Notes under the pieces: model-generated | What the model saw: only the letters and a program-made list of their open reading frames with translations | Database searches by the model: none | Told to the model about the DNA's origin: nothing | Made by a program: the position numbers and the translations under genes | Source: Psammoneis japonica | Lineage: Eukaryota | Direction: 5' to 3' | DNA: 64,000 nt | Assembly: GCA_008632985.1 (NCBI GenBank) | Contig: QPGO01000212.1 | Location: forward strand, 1 to 64,000 | In this document: piece after piece, positions 35,901-47,111 of the stretch | Layout of the letters: each line of letters opens with the position of its first letter | Position numbering within the stretch: position 1 is the stretch's first letter

Positions 35901-36983
35901 TTGTTCTTTCCATGTTGCTCGGAGTGCAGCTTTGCTTCTCAAGGTGGCATCACGGGCGTGCCACCCACTCAGCCTTTTTGCGCCACTGTGAATGCATTGA
36001 CAGGATCTGGTGGGACTGTTGTGGGCCTCCTGCAGACAATCAGGGAAACCAGTCCTCGACTGCTCCTTTGGGTGTTGAAGTTGCAAACAGTGTGCCGTTG
36101 CCAGTTGACGATTGCTCTGGTGGAACCAGTGCTGGAGGAAGTGCACCCCAGTGAGCAGACAATGGTGTTGGCAAGTGTTGTTGCAAGGCATTCTGCCACT
36201 GTGCCAGATTGCACCACCACGGGGGCTGTTGTTGTTTTTGCACCACAAGGAATCAGAACCAAGACAGACCAAGGTCACGTTGTTGTTTTTGCACCAGCTG
36301 CAACGTTGCAGAATGAGAAAAAACAGACCTGGAGGTTTTGTGAAATGATGGTTTTACAGCTCGCTTGCAGCAGTTGCGACTGAAGATTTTAGATTGCTGT
36401 GATTGCAGAGTTGTTGCTTCTTGAGTTGAAGGAGCAGGCCCACAACTTCCACCACCACCAACTTTTCGTGGAGCCTTTTGCACTTCAAGCTCTTCTCTGC
36501 CAAAATTCCTTGCTGGTGCTCTCCGAATTCAATGGCGCCAAAGTGACTGGAAGATGGATCTCAATGTGATGTCCTCATTGGGGGCACAAACAACTTCACC
36601 ATTGCATTGTCAGCATTGGCCAGCAAAGTTGAAAGGTCTTTCTTTGATCCAAATGCTGGAATTGTGCCCTTTGACTGCAATGGTGGCTTTCCTGCAAAGA
36701 GAATTTGACGAGCACACACAGAAGAACTTTTGTCGCTTTCAACCAGCCCACTTGCAACTTGCAACAGCAGATGGCACTCCAACAAAGTCCTTGCTTTTTT
36801 GTGCAGGTTTGAATTCCAACACACCGTCATTTCAGGTGCTGATTTCTGAAGTGCCCAATCTTGTGAGATGATTGTCCCACTGTCTTGCACGACATTCTCC
36901 AAAGCACCTGATCTTGCAAGATGATTGTCATCTCACTGTCCCACGCACTGTGCCCTCACTGTCCCGTGCATTGTTTGGAACGG
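32991..36983 (+). repeat. ~4.0 kb direct duplication, left copy
   Basis: aagctgtggagcaatcc...tgtttggaacgg is near-identical to 41529-45522, and the ORF track repeats at an offset of ~8538. Confidence 0.95.
34775..34821 (+). repeat. Degenerate telomere-like (TTAGGG)n tract (also at 43313-43359)
   Basis: aggg TTGGGG TCAGGG TCAGGG TCAGGG TCAGGG TTGTGGG TTGGGG; each hexamer is one transition from TTAGGG. Confidence 0.65.
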
Positions 36984-37432
36984 CCCGTTTGAGTTTTTTT
37001 GTTTTGCATTTTGAGTTCATTCACTTGCGCACTTGCCACAGTAGAGTGTGCTTCTATGTCTGACAGCAGCAACATCAACTCGCTCTTTCTCCAACACCGT
37101 TGGAGTTTTTTTTTTTTTTGAGTTGATGATGCCTCACTCATTCTCATGCGCGCTTCGCGCGCATTCGAGATCCATGATCCACACGATTAACTCACCATGC
37201 GCACCGCGCACGGGTGGATCTTTCTGATGCGGCTTTTTCAACGCCTGTGACGTCAGCTGCGACGACAGCCGTAGAAAAATGCCGATTTCGAATTTTTTAG
37301 CTCGAAAAACAGCCGACAACACTGATGAAGCGAAAGCAAAAGCTCACATCATCGAGCTTTGTATGTCAGGCAACTCTCAATAGATTGCTGTTACGCTGAA
37401 GGCTGTCAGCACATCAGACAACCCCGAAAACA
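36984..37432 (+). repeat. 5' pseudo-LTR
   Basis: Matches 41014-41455. Confidence 0.92.
37312..37371 (+). ncRNA. Hammerhead ribozyme, 5' copy with mutated core (GAAA to AAAA)
   Basis: Same fold as 41335-41394, but reads gcaaaagc instead of gcgaaagc. Confidence 0.6.
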
Positions 37433-37452
37433 GTGTGCACAGACTTCCAACA

Positions 37453-38916
37453 ATGACCACAGCCAGCGCGTCCGCTCCGACAACCCCACCTGCTCGCAAC
37501 AGACGAAACAACGCAGCCGCACGCACCGTGCGATTCGCCACCGCAGCAGCAGCGACAATGACGGCGCCTGCGGCGCCGTCAACGGCGCCTTCGGCGCCAC
37601 AGATCTTGGCAGCTAACCAACGTAAGTTGGACAAACTAGCCCCTTGTCGCGAAGCGATCGAGACGCAGCTAACAGGATTCAAGGACATTGTCGAGTCACT
37701 AGCCACTCGTGTGATCACTCAGTGCGGGCTTGTAAAGAGCAGAAAGCCAAGTCTGTCGGCTTTCCCCGGCACTGATGACAATCCACACATCCCCAAATGT
37801 TGCAGGCTCAATGTGAACCTCACACATGCGGACCGGCTCAACGATGATGCCACTGCCCAAGAGCTCGTCCAGGAGATGAAAGACCTGGTTGCATGCTTCG
37901 AAAAGGATGCAGCCAAACTCGCACACAAGATGGCCTCACGTGAACTTGAGGTTGTGAAAACCAACCGAGTGCGAGAATTGGTCGAAGCTAGCCTTGTTCT
38001 CTTCCAATTCTACATTGACCATGTAAAAGAGTTCAAAGGCTCTACAGACCTAACAACGCGTCAACTCAGTGGAGTGCTGCTCATGCCCCACTTGTGCGAC
38101 GTGCTGCCATCGAGCTTCCTGAGAGACTGCCTTGAGACTTCTCCCAAAGAAATCATCAAGGAAGTTGAACGCCAGCTTCGACATGAAGGACCCTTCAGTC
38201 CCGAAGACAGCACCCCTCCCTCAACTCAAGAGAGCACCGAAGACAGCACCCCTCCCTCAACTCAAGAGAGCACCGAAGACGTGCACACACAAGAGGACAC
38301 CACGCGCACTCAGGCCGCACTGGCAGCAAACTTGAACCCCCTGCTCGAAAGTGAACACGTGAACCACGAACTTTCAACAGGTGAGAAAGTTGCAAAAGAA
38401 GAAGTGTTCAAGGAAATGAAACAGTTCTATGAACAAGTCACCATGCAATTGCAACACGCCCTGGACAAAGAAGAACGATTGAAATCGGTCAACGCCAAGC
38501 TGGGGGCAAAGTGGAAACGCCACAAGAAGGAACAAGCAGCTGACCTCGTCGCAACAGCTCTTGAAAACGAACCGACAGTTCAATCCCCCGCCCTCGACGA
38601 GTTGATCAACAAAAAGATTGACAAAAAAGTCGCAAGCCTCAAAAAGCTCCACAAGAAGGTAAACCGTCGGCAAAAAAACGACAAGGGCGGTCGGGAAGCC
38701 CCACCGGCACGAAAGAACGACGCAGCAAAAGACAACGAAACGCAAAAAGGAAAAGGAAAGCGGAAACGCCAACCCCAAGCCTCGAAGACGAATGGGAAAC
38801 CATCCGCCAAGAGACAAAAGAACGAAGCCAAGAACCGCCACAGAAAAAGAAAAGGGAATCACGGAGGACAGCACAGAGGCGAGCAAAGAGGCAAGAGAAG
38901 CAACAGGCGAAACTAG
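37453..38916 (+). CDS. ORF1 of Penelope-like element (coiled-coil, basic C-terminus)
   Basis: Long ORF with helical/heptad character and a K/R-rich tail; contains a 36 bp tandem repeat (EDSTPPSTQEST x2) at ~38203-38280. Confidence 0.75.
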   Translation: MTTASASAPTTPPARNRRNNAAARTVRFATAAAATMTAPAAPSTAPSAPQILAANQRKLDKLAPCREAIETQLTGFKDIVESLATRVITQCGLVKSRKPSLSAFPGTDDNPHIPKCCRLNVNLTHADRLNDDATAQELVQEMKDLVACFEKDAAKLAHKMASRELEVVKTNRVRELVEASLVLFQFYIDHVKEFKGSTDLTTRQLSGVLLMPHLCDVLPSSFLRDCLETSPKEIIKEVERQLRHEGPFSPEDSTPPSTQESTEDSTPPSTQESTEDVHTQEDTTRTQAALAANLNPLLESEHVNHELSTGEKVAKEEVFKEMKQFYEQVTMQLQHALDKEERLKSVNAKLGAKWKRHKKEQAADLVATALENEPTVQSPALDELINKKIDKKVASLKKLHKKVNRRQKNDKGGREAPPARKNDAAKDNETQKGKGKRKRQPQASKTNGKPSAKRQKNEAKNRHRKRKGNHGGQHRGEQRGKRSNRRN

Positions 38917-39059
38917 AGGCGAAACTCCTCTACCAACGCACCGAGCTCCCCATCAAAATTGCCGAGAAACAATCGGACCGCTGCTGCGTCAGAATCCATG
39001 GATTCACACCAAATCCTGATGCCCCCCTGTGGGAAAACGTAGCAACGGCTATCGGCAAG

Positions 39060-40931
39060 ATGAAAGCTACGGCATGCTTCAACCGCCTGGACAACATGTC
39101 TTACCACAACCTCTGTACAAAGCTGCAACCACCCCCGGGTACTGGATTACTGTTAGGACTTGGACACAAGTTTTGTATAGAATCAAGCACCCCGTTCCCA
39201 CACAACCGCCGAGGCGCACAACGCTTCCGACGAACCATACGTCTACGGAACTTTGTCGAGAACTCCGAACTCGTAAACGACGAAGACGGATACAACCCAC
39301 ACCTATACGTCCCCTCTGATTTCGACCCTCCACCGATTGAAGACGGGACAATAGAACTTCGAATGATGGACTTCGCAAACAAGATAGACAGAGCCAGTCG
39401 AACAGCCAACCGCCAACGACCCCGCTTTAATTTGACGCCTCAGCAGTATCGAACGCTGCGAACATTGCAAAACGACAGACGATTCGTCGTGTGTCTTACG
39501 GACAAGAATCTTGGTCCAGCCATCATGGAGCGCGAAGTATACATGAAACGGGCCCTCAGCGACCACCTGCTCAACCAGAAGAACTACCAACGCCACACGG
39601 AACAAGAAAAGAACACATTTATGAGAGCAACTAGAAGACGCCTACGCAACGCATACGACCTTGCAGCCGACAGCCTCTCTGAAGCGGAAAAAACTTACTT
39701 CGAAAGAAGTTTCAAAAAGAAACACCGCATACCACAGTTCTGCATCACTCCGAAAGTCCACAAAAAACCGTGGACGACACGACCAACAGTGAGCTGCATC
39801 AACAGTGAAAATGAAGTGTTTTCAAAATGGTTAGATTTCAAAATGAAAGAACTTCTACCCCCATCGCGAACGTACATCCGAGACTCTCACCAAGTCCTCG
39901 CCGACTTACGATCACTTGGAAAGCTGCCACCAGATGCTAAGCTATTCACAGTCGATGCAGTAGGAATGTGTGCCAATATCAACACCAACCATGCTCTGGA
40001 AACATTCCACCGGTGGTTCCTTGAGTACCCCGATGAGATACCAAAAAACTTCCCAGTTGACTTCTTCCTCACCGCACTGGAAATCGTCATGACAAGAAAC
40101 ATCATCCAGTTTGACGATACCTGCTGGCTCCAAATCGATGGTACAGCCATGGGAACCAGCACAGCCTGTATGTACGCCACCATGTACAAGGCTCTCCACG
40201 AACGCCAAAGTGTGCTAACCCGATTCAACTTGAACCTGCCCTATTATGGACGATTCATAGATGACGTACTCGGCGTATGGACAGGCGGTGAAGGTGAAAC
40301 ATGGGAGAAGTTCAAACATGAACTGAATAACTTCGGCACCTTGGAATGGGAAACCTCCGAGCTCAGTGACCAAGTTGTATTTCTGGATCTCGATATCAAG
40401 ATTGGAGCAAACCGGTGTGTTGAAACAAGAACGTACCAGAAGGCCATGAACCTGTACCTCTACATACCCCCAAGCTCAGCACATCCACCTGGAGTACTGA
40501 GAAGTATTGTGTATGGAAACCTTCGGACGTATCGGGCACAAAATCCAAACAACAAGGATTACCAAAAAACAGTGGCCCAGCTCTTCAACCGGCTGATAGC
40601 GCGAGGCCACAACAGAGAGTACCTCAAGAACCTCTTTGTGGATGCAGCCGCCACTGTCCACCGGAAAAAGGCCCCACGCTCCAATGTCGCTGACCCATCC
40701 AACACTCTTTTCTTTCACCAAGAGTATCACCCACGCGGGATAGCTCGCACTGAAATAAGAAGAGCGTATAAAAAAACCTGCGAAGGGCACAGCGGGTTCA
40801 ACCGGTTAGCAGTGGCGCACTCAAGACCCAAAAATCTAAGAGACGCCCTTATACGAACACCACTAAAGGAACCCAACAGGCAGCGTGCTTCAGATATTAT
40901 TAAAAAACTCTCTGATACACCGGAGCTCTGA
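39060..40931 (+). CDS. Penelope-type reverse transcriptase (no endonuclease domain)
   Basis: LGLGHKF, TDKNLG, PKVHK...RP, DAVGMCANI, QIDGTAMG, RFIDD, FLDLDI, YQK, SAHP and terminal RPKNLRDAL. The ORF stops ~25 aa later without GIY-YIG. Confidence 0.92.
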   Translation: MKATACFNRLDNMSYHNLCTKLQPPPGTGLLLGLGHKFCIESSTPFPHNRRGAQRFRRTIRLRNFVENSELVNDEDGYNPHLYVPSDFDPPPIEDGTIELRMMDFANKIDRASRTANRQRPRFNLTPQQYRTLRTLQNDRRFVVCLTDKNLGPAIMEREVYMKRALSDHLLNQKNYQRHTEQEKNTFMRATRRRLRNAYDLAADSLSEAEKTYFERSFKKKHRIPQFCITPKVHKKPWTTRPTVSCINSENEVFSKWLDFKMKELLPPSRTYIRDSHQVLADLRSLGKLPPDAKLFTVDAVGMCANINTNHALETFHRWFLEYPDEIPKNFPVDFFLTALEIVMTRNIIQFDDTCWLQIDGTAMGTSTACMYATMYKALHERQSVLTRFNLNLPYYGRFIDDVLGVWTGGEGETWEKFKHELNNFGTLEWETSELSDQVVFLDLDIKIGANRCVETRTYQKAMNLYLYIPPSSAHPPGVLRSIVYGNLRTYRAQNPNNKDYQKTVAQLFNRLIARGHNREYLKNLFVDAAATVHRKKAPRSNVADPSNTLFFHQEYHPRGIARTEIRRAYKKTCEGHSGFNRLAVAHSRPKNLRDALIRTPLKEPNRQRASDIIKKLSDTPEL

Positions 40932-41013
40932 TTCGGCGACTCCGTCGCGACGAGTCACCTCCGGTAAAAAACTCAAACGGGCCACCTGCCGCGCCACGGC
41001 GCTACGGCTTACG

Positions 41014-41455
41014 CCCGTTTTGAGTTTTTTTGTTTTATATTTTGAGTTTATTCACTTGCGTACTTACTACAGTAGAGTATGCTTCTATATCTGACAGCAG
41101 CAACATCAACTCGCTCTTTCTCCAACACCGTTGGAGTTTTTTGAGTTGATGATGCCTCACTCATTCTCATGCGCGCTTCGCGCGCATTCGAGATCTATGA
41201 TCCACACGATTAACTCACCATGCGCACCGCGCACGGGTGGATCTTTCTGATGCGGCTTTTTCAACGCCTGTAACGTCAGCTGCGACGACAGCCGTAGAAA
41301 AATGCCGATTTCGAATTTTTTAGCTCGAAAAACAGCCGACAACACTGATGAAGCGAAAGCGAAAGCTCACATCATCGAGCTTTGTATGTCAGGCAACTCT
41401 TGATAGATTGCTGTTACGCCAAAGGCTGTTGGTACATTAGACAACCCCGAAAACA
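41014..41455 (+). repeat. 3' pseudo-LTR, followed by a partial tandem copy at 41457-41530
   Basis: Matches 36984-37432; the last ~73 bp are repeated in tandem. Confidence 0.92.
41335..41394 (+). ncRNA. Type I hammerhead ribozyme
   Basis: gccgacaaca-CTGATGA-a-GC gaaa GC-GAAA-GCTC acatcatc GAGC-TT-tgtatgtcaggc. Core boxes are conserved, stems II and III pair perfectly, and stem I pairs with two bulged A. Predicted cleavage is after 41382. Confidence 0.8.
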
Positions 41456-41528
41456 ATGTATGTCAGGCAACTCTTAATAGATTGCTGTTACGCTAAAGGC
41501 TGTTGGCACATTAGACAACCCCGAAAAC

Positions 41529-44500
41529 AAGCTGTGGAGCAATCCACCATCCCACGCCTTGATGGCAAGCCAGCCCTCTTGTCTTGTTGCCCCTCATCCC
41601 CCCCTGGATTTTTGCGCCAGCTGCAGATCCCACTTGCAGCTGCACAAGGACACCAACTGGGAGTGTCAGATGCTGCTGCTGCTTGGGTGCAGCAGCATCA
41701 GCAGCCAGTGCCCTGAGCATGGTGGTGCAGGCTGGCGGTGTGTGTGTCCAGGGAAATGCCAGCACCAGCTCCCGTGACAACAAAGCCAACACCAGCTCCA
41801 GAGGCAATGCTGCCAGCAACCACAATGAGGGCAATGCCAACCCCAACGATGGACCTGGCAACAGCTCTTGCAGCCAAAGCACTGCTGCTGCCAACTCACG
41901 CAGCAGCCATGACAACTCTCACAGCAGCAGCAACAGCGGCAGCAGCAGCGGTGCCAGAGCCAAATGTGGGTTGCCAGTTTCTGGAGCCACATGAGTGCTC
42001 TGCAATGCCCTCACAGTGTTTGCGAAATGTGGCAAAGTTCACGTTCATCCAGTTGCCATTTTTAGCCTGGACACTGTGAACGAACAGCTTGGTGAGAAAA
42101 CTCACACAAGTGAACATGGTCACTTTGTCGTCTGGACTCTGAATCAAGCTGCAAAGAATTGCAGCATTGCATCTGGTTTGCTCCATCTGTGGCAAGCGTT
42201 TGGCCCTCCATTGCTGCCGCCACCATTGAATGCGATCATTTTTGAGACTGCAGTGCTCCACACAAACTTTTGTGGTGACACATGTGCCCAACTGCCCAAA
42301 CTTCATTTCTGCTTTTTTGTTCTGCCGACACCTGAACGATTTTTTCTTTGCCAAATTCATTTGGATGGGTGGCGGGTCCTGCACCACGGTTCTTCCAGTC
42401 ATTGATGTCTCCTTTTATGACTTGCTGCTGTTCTTCCTTTTCTTGTTTTCTGCCACCTCCCTTGCCTTTGCTTCCTTCTCCTCCTTCTCCTTCTTCCTCT
42501 CCTCTGCTGCAATTTTCTTCCTCCTTGCATTTTTTTCACCTTTTCTGCTGCGCCATCTCCTTGCACCTCCTGGCATCCACCTTTGTGTGGCAATCCGGCA
42601 TGTCTTGAACAGCTCCTTTCATCACAGCCCTTTTTGGTGGTTTTGATGGGGTTTTCATGGCTCGGCTGAAACTTTGGCAGCAGCCACAGCATTTGAAGGG
42701 TTGTCACAATCTTGATTTGCAAACTCCGCTTCAGAGGATGAGGAATCAAAATCCACACTTAACTTCTTTTTGTTTGCATCACTTCTCTTCACATGTGTGG
42801 GCTTGATGTTTTTGCTGCTGTTGCTGTTGTTTCTGCTTTGAAAGAATCCATCATCTGAGTCAGATTCACTCTGCGACACTGCCAATGATTCAATGCTGGG
42901 CTCCGTGTTTTTGGTGTCCTCTTCTGCCTGGTGCTCTGGATGCACAGCGGACAGTTCCTCTTCAGCTGCTTCATTGTTTGCCTGCCCCCCCTGATGCTTG
43001 TCATTCCCCTCTGACTTTCTGTCTTTGTAAGAAGTTGCTTTGTTGTCTGGTGGCTTGCCGTTGTCCCCCTCGCCCCCCTCATCAGAAGAATCTTTCTTCT
43101 GTTGCTTTGTCATCATCATCTTCATTGTTGTTGTTGTCATTGGTTTCCTCGTTGTCCTCCTCCAGTGCCTCCTCCTCCTCCTCCTTCTTTTTCTTCTATT
43201 CATCTTCCTTCTCTTCCTTGTTCTCTTCCTTTCCATGACACACAGTGGGGTCACTCGCTGCATCCTTGCAGTCTTGTTGTGTGCCCCCATCTTCATGCTG
43301 CAGATGTCCCAAAGGGTTGGGGTCAGGGTCAGGGTCAGGGTCAGGGTTGTGGGTTGGGGTTCAGGCAGTGGGCAAAGGCCAAAAGGCAAGGCCAAAGCAA
43401 AAGCAAAGCTAAGAAGGGAAAAGGAAATGGGAAAGGGGAAATGGGAATGAAATGCAAAACTGAAATCAGATGCAAAATAAATTTTGGTGAATGTTTGTAA
43501 AAATGAAAGAGAGAAATAAAATGCAGAAATGAAATGCACTGTGATTGATGCAGATGGAGATTGCAGCAAAGCAAGCAAGGAAGACACTTCAGAGAGGAGC
43601 TGACAAGTGTGAAACAACAGAAGAGTTGTCGTTGGTTTGAAGGATGGCGTTGTTGAGCTGCTGTTGGTTGGTGTCACCAAATGTTTCCATGGCTTGATGA
43701 CAGAAAGCCAGAGCTTTACAGCGTTCCTGATTGAGTGGCTCAGGAATGACATCATCCAGGCAGATGAAAAGCCTGAAGTGATGGAAGTGATTGAGGAATC
43801 TCATGCCAAGCTCAGCTGTGGTGACAGAGCTTGCTTCTTCTGGAGAGATCCCAATGGAGAGACTGGTGTGAAAGAGATCTTCAAGGTGTGCTGAGTTTTC
43901 AGATCCAACAGAGAAGCTGTCCAGGGCGTCCAACTCTGCGATGTCACCATGAAATTGACCAGAGACAAAATTGCTGAGGGATGAAGCAGGGAAGAAGTGC
44001 CCTGCAGGGCCATGAAGGAAGTTTGTCTCAGTGTTTCCAATGAGAGATGACCTGATGACAGAACAAGGAATGGAGTGGACCACTCCCTGTTTGCAGGTTT
44101 CAAGACAAAGCTCGAATGGAAAGTCATGCTTCAAAGGGTGTTTTGCTTCAGACTGCCAAAATGAATGAAAGAAAGCAAAGAGCTTGGCTTTGGAAGAAGA
44201 GTGTGGGCAAAGCTTTCTCTGTTTCTTGCAGAGCTTGCTGAAGCAAGAGGAGCAATTTTTCCTCATCTTCCTGTCCCACCCAACAGTGTGGACACAATCC
44301 ATCCATGACATGGAAGATGTTGGTGGCCATGGCTGTTGTTGTTGCCTCAGTGTCCTGAGAGAGAAAAATGCAGAAGTGAGGGTGAGCTGGAAATGTGGGT
44401 GTGTGCATCTGACAGTTTTATCCTTTTCGTGCTGTGTTTTGTTCTTTCCATGTTGCTCGGAGTGCAGCTTTGCTTCTCAAGGTGGCATCACGGGCGTGCC

Positions 44501-45522
44501 ACCCACTCAGCCTTTTTGTGCCACTGTGAATGCATTGACAGGATCTGGTGGGACTGTTGTGGGGCCTCCTGCAGACAATCAGGGAAACCAGTCCTCGACT
44601 GCTCCTTTGGGTGTTGAAGTTGCAAACAGTGTGCCGTTGCCAGTTGACGATTGCTCTGGTGGAACCAGTGCTGGAGGAAGTGCACCCCAGTGAGCAGACA
44701 ATGGTGTTGGCAAGTGTTGTTGCAAGGCATTCTGCCACTGTGCCAGATTGCACCACCACGGGGGCTGTTGTTGTTTTTGCACCACAAGGAATCAGAACCA
44801 AGACAGACCAAGGTCACGTTGTTGTTTTTGCACCAGCTGCAACGTTGCAGAATGAGAAAAAACAGACCTGGAGGTTTTGTGAAATGATGGTTTTACAGCT
44901 CGCTTGCAGCAGTTGCGACTGAAGATTTTAGATTGCTGTGATTGCAGAGTTGTTGCTTCTTGAGTTGAAGGAGCAGGCCCACAACTTCCACCACCACCAA
45001 CTTTTCGTGGAGCCTTTTGCACTTCAAGCTCTTCTCTGCCAAAATTCCTTGCTGGTGCTCTCCGAATTCAATGGCGCCAAAGTGACTGGAAGATGGATCT
45101 CAATGTGATGTCCTCATTGGGGGCACAAACAACTTCACCATTGCATTGTCAGCATTGGCCAGCAAAGTTGAAAGGTCTTTCTTTGATCCAAATGCTGGAA
45201 TTGTGCCCTTTGACTGCAATGGTGGCTTTCCTGCAAAGAGAATTTGACGAGCACACACAGAAGAACTTTTGTCGCTTTCAACCAGCCCACTTGCAACTTG
45301 CAACAGCAGATGGCACTCCAACAAAGTCCTTGCTTTTTTGTGCAGGTTTGAATTCCAACACACCGTCATTTCAGGTGCTGATTTCTGAAGTGCCCAATCT
45401 TGTGAGATGATTGTCCCACTGTCTTGCACGACATTCTCCAAAGCACCTGATCTTGCAAGATGATTGTCATCTCACTGTCCCACGCACTGTGCCCTCACTG
45501 TCCCGTGCATTGTTTGGAACGG
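41529..45522 (+). repeat. ~4.0 kb direct duplication, right copy
   Basis: Near-identical to 32991-36983. Confidence 0.95.
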
Positions 45523-47111
45523 TTGCAACCATGTTGGACAAAATGGGCAGACGCGTGTCAAGAGCAGTTGGCCCTGTGGCTGGCATCTTTTTCACTTCTT
45601 TCAGAAAGGAAAGAAAGTCAGATTGTGCTGGCGTGCAAGCACGGTGGTGCAAGATGAGCATCATTGGATTGCTGCTGAGCTCACCCCTCCAATCTGATGG
45701 AGGACAACCCCACGCTGTTGGAAAAGCATGCGCTTTGCTCACAAGTCAAGTTGCTCTGGAGATGATTGCCAAGTTTCACAAAAAAGGAAAGCCTCGCTGC
45801 TTTGTGAGCTCAGAGGCTGACAACCCCATTTTGGCTTGGAATCAGTTTTTGAACAAATTTGGCTTTGCAGGGTGAGGCGCTGGCTTTGAAGTCTTCTTTG
45901 ACGTGGACAGAGCTGTGCCCTGGGTGGGTGTGGCATGGAAAAATGTCCCGCCCAGATCAACAGGCTGGGCTTCTTCAAGACAAGCTGTGTTTTTTTTCTG
46001 CTTGGGTCAGGGTTGGAACACCCACACCTCAGCAACTGGGAGAAGACCTCAACAGTTGCAGCTTCACAAGATGGAGCATTAAAAACTTCCCGCTCCTTCC
46101 ATCCAGAGGTTCCTTGGGGAGTGCCACAATGTTGCAGCATGCATGTTCACTGGGAAAGTGCACTGGCCTCCACAGGACCTGTTTCTGTTTCCCCTGTTGA
46201 TTGCTGCATCCAACAATCAAAGTTGTCACAACTCAACAATGCAGTTTTTGGCTTGGATGAGGAGAAAACAACGAGGGAACAACAAAACCTCTGAGCCCGA
46301 CATCATGTGCCCCAAACCAATCTCAACTGTGCACAGACACCATGTGTCACTCTGATTGCTGGTCACCAATTCAAACTTGAACCATTCAAACCAATGTGCA
46401 CTTGTTCACTTCACCCCCTCACCACAGACTTCTGACAAGGGACAACACTCATGGCAACAGTCACATTCAATCTCTCTGTTGTCGGAACAGTCAGCCACAG
46501 TGCAGGTCAATTGGTGCTCGGTTCCTGAACAACACACTTCTGTTGGGATGTCTCTGGACAAGTTGTTGTTGTAAAATGTAAACTCGTGCAGCTCCAACAG
46601 CTCACCAAAGCTTCCCGTTAACTTGTTTTCATGAATTCACAGTTCTTTCAGTGATGCCAAATTGCCAATGGCATGAGGCAATGATCCTGAAAGCCAAAAA
46701 TTGGCCCCCAGCTAGATTCATCTGTTGGAGGGAGGAGATCTCACCGCAGAGGGGTGGGATGGTGGATTCAAACTGATTTCCATCCAGATGCAAGCTTTCC
46801 AACGAGCTGAGCAGCACCGTGCGTGGAAGAGATGAATGGAACTGGTTGTTGCTCAGCTGGATCCCTTTGAGTTCACGCAATGCATCAAACTTGTCTGGGA
46901 CGGTTCCGGCAAAGTTGTTTCCAGCCAATGAAAACATCTCCAAAAAGAGCAAGTGAAAATTGTCATCAGAACAGCTGAGTTGAGGCAGTTGTTTGACAAG
47001 TCAAGGTGCTTGAGCTCTGCAAGATGCCCAATGCTGGATGTGGTGTGAAGGAGACATGTGTAAGGAAAGAACAGGGAGAAGTGAGCGCAGGATGAGCACT
47101 CATCATTTTAA

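Larger units (their letters stand above)
36984..41530 (+). mobile_element. Endonuclease-deficient Penelope-like retroelement (ORF1 + RT, pseudo-LTRs)
   Basis: ~450 bp direct repeats without TG..CA ends flank a coiled-coil/basic ORF1 and a PLE-type RT lacking GIY-YIG. A hammerhead motif lies within the repeats. Confidence 0.9.

Noticed and set aside
17900..36983. Dozens of overlapping Cys/His/Trp-rich ORFs that look like small cysteine-rich proteins
   Set aside because: By-product of TA loss: TAA/TAG stops are removed and TG/CA codons are enriched in all six frames.
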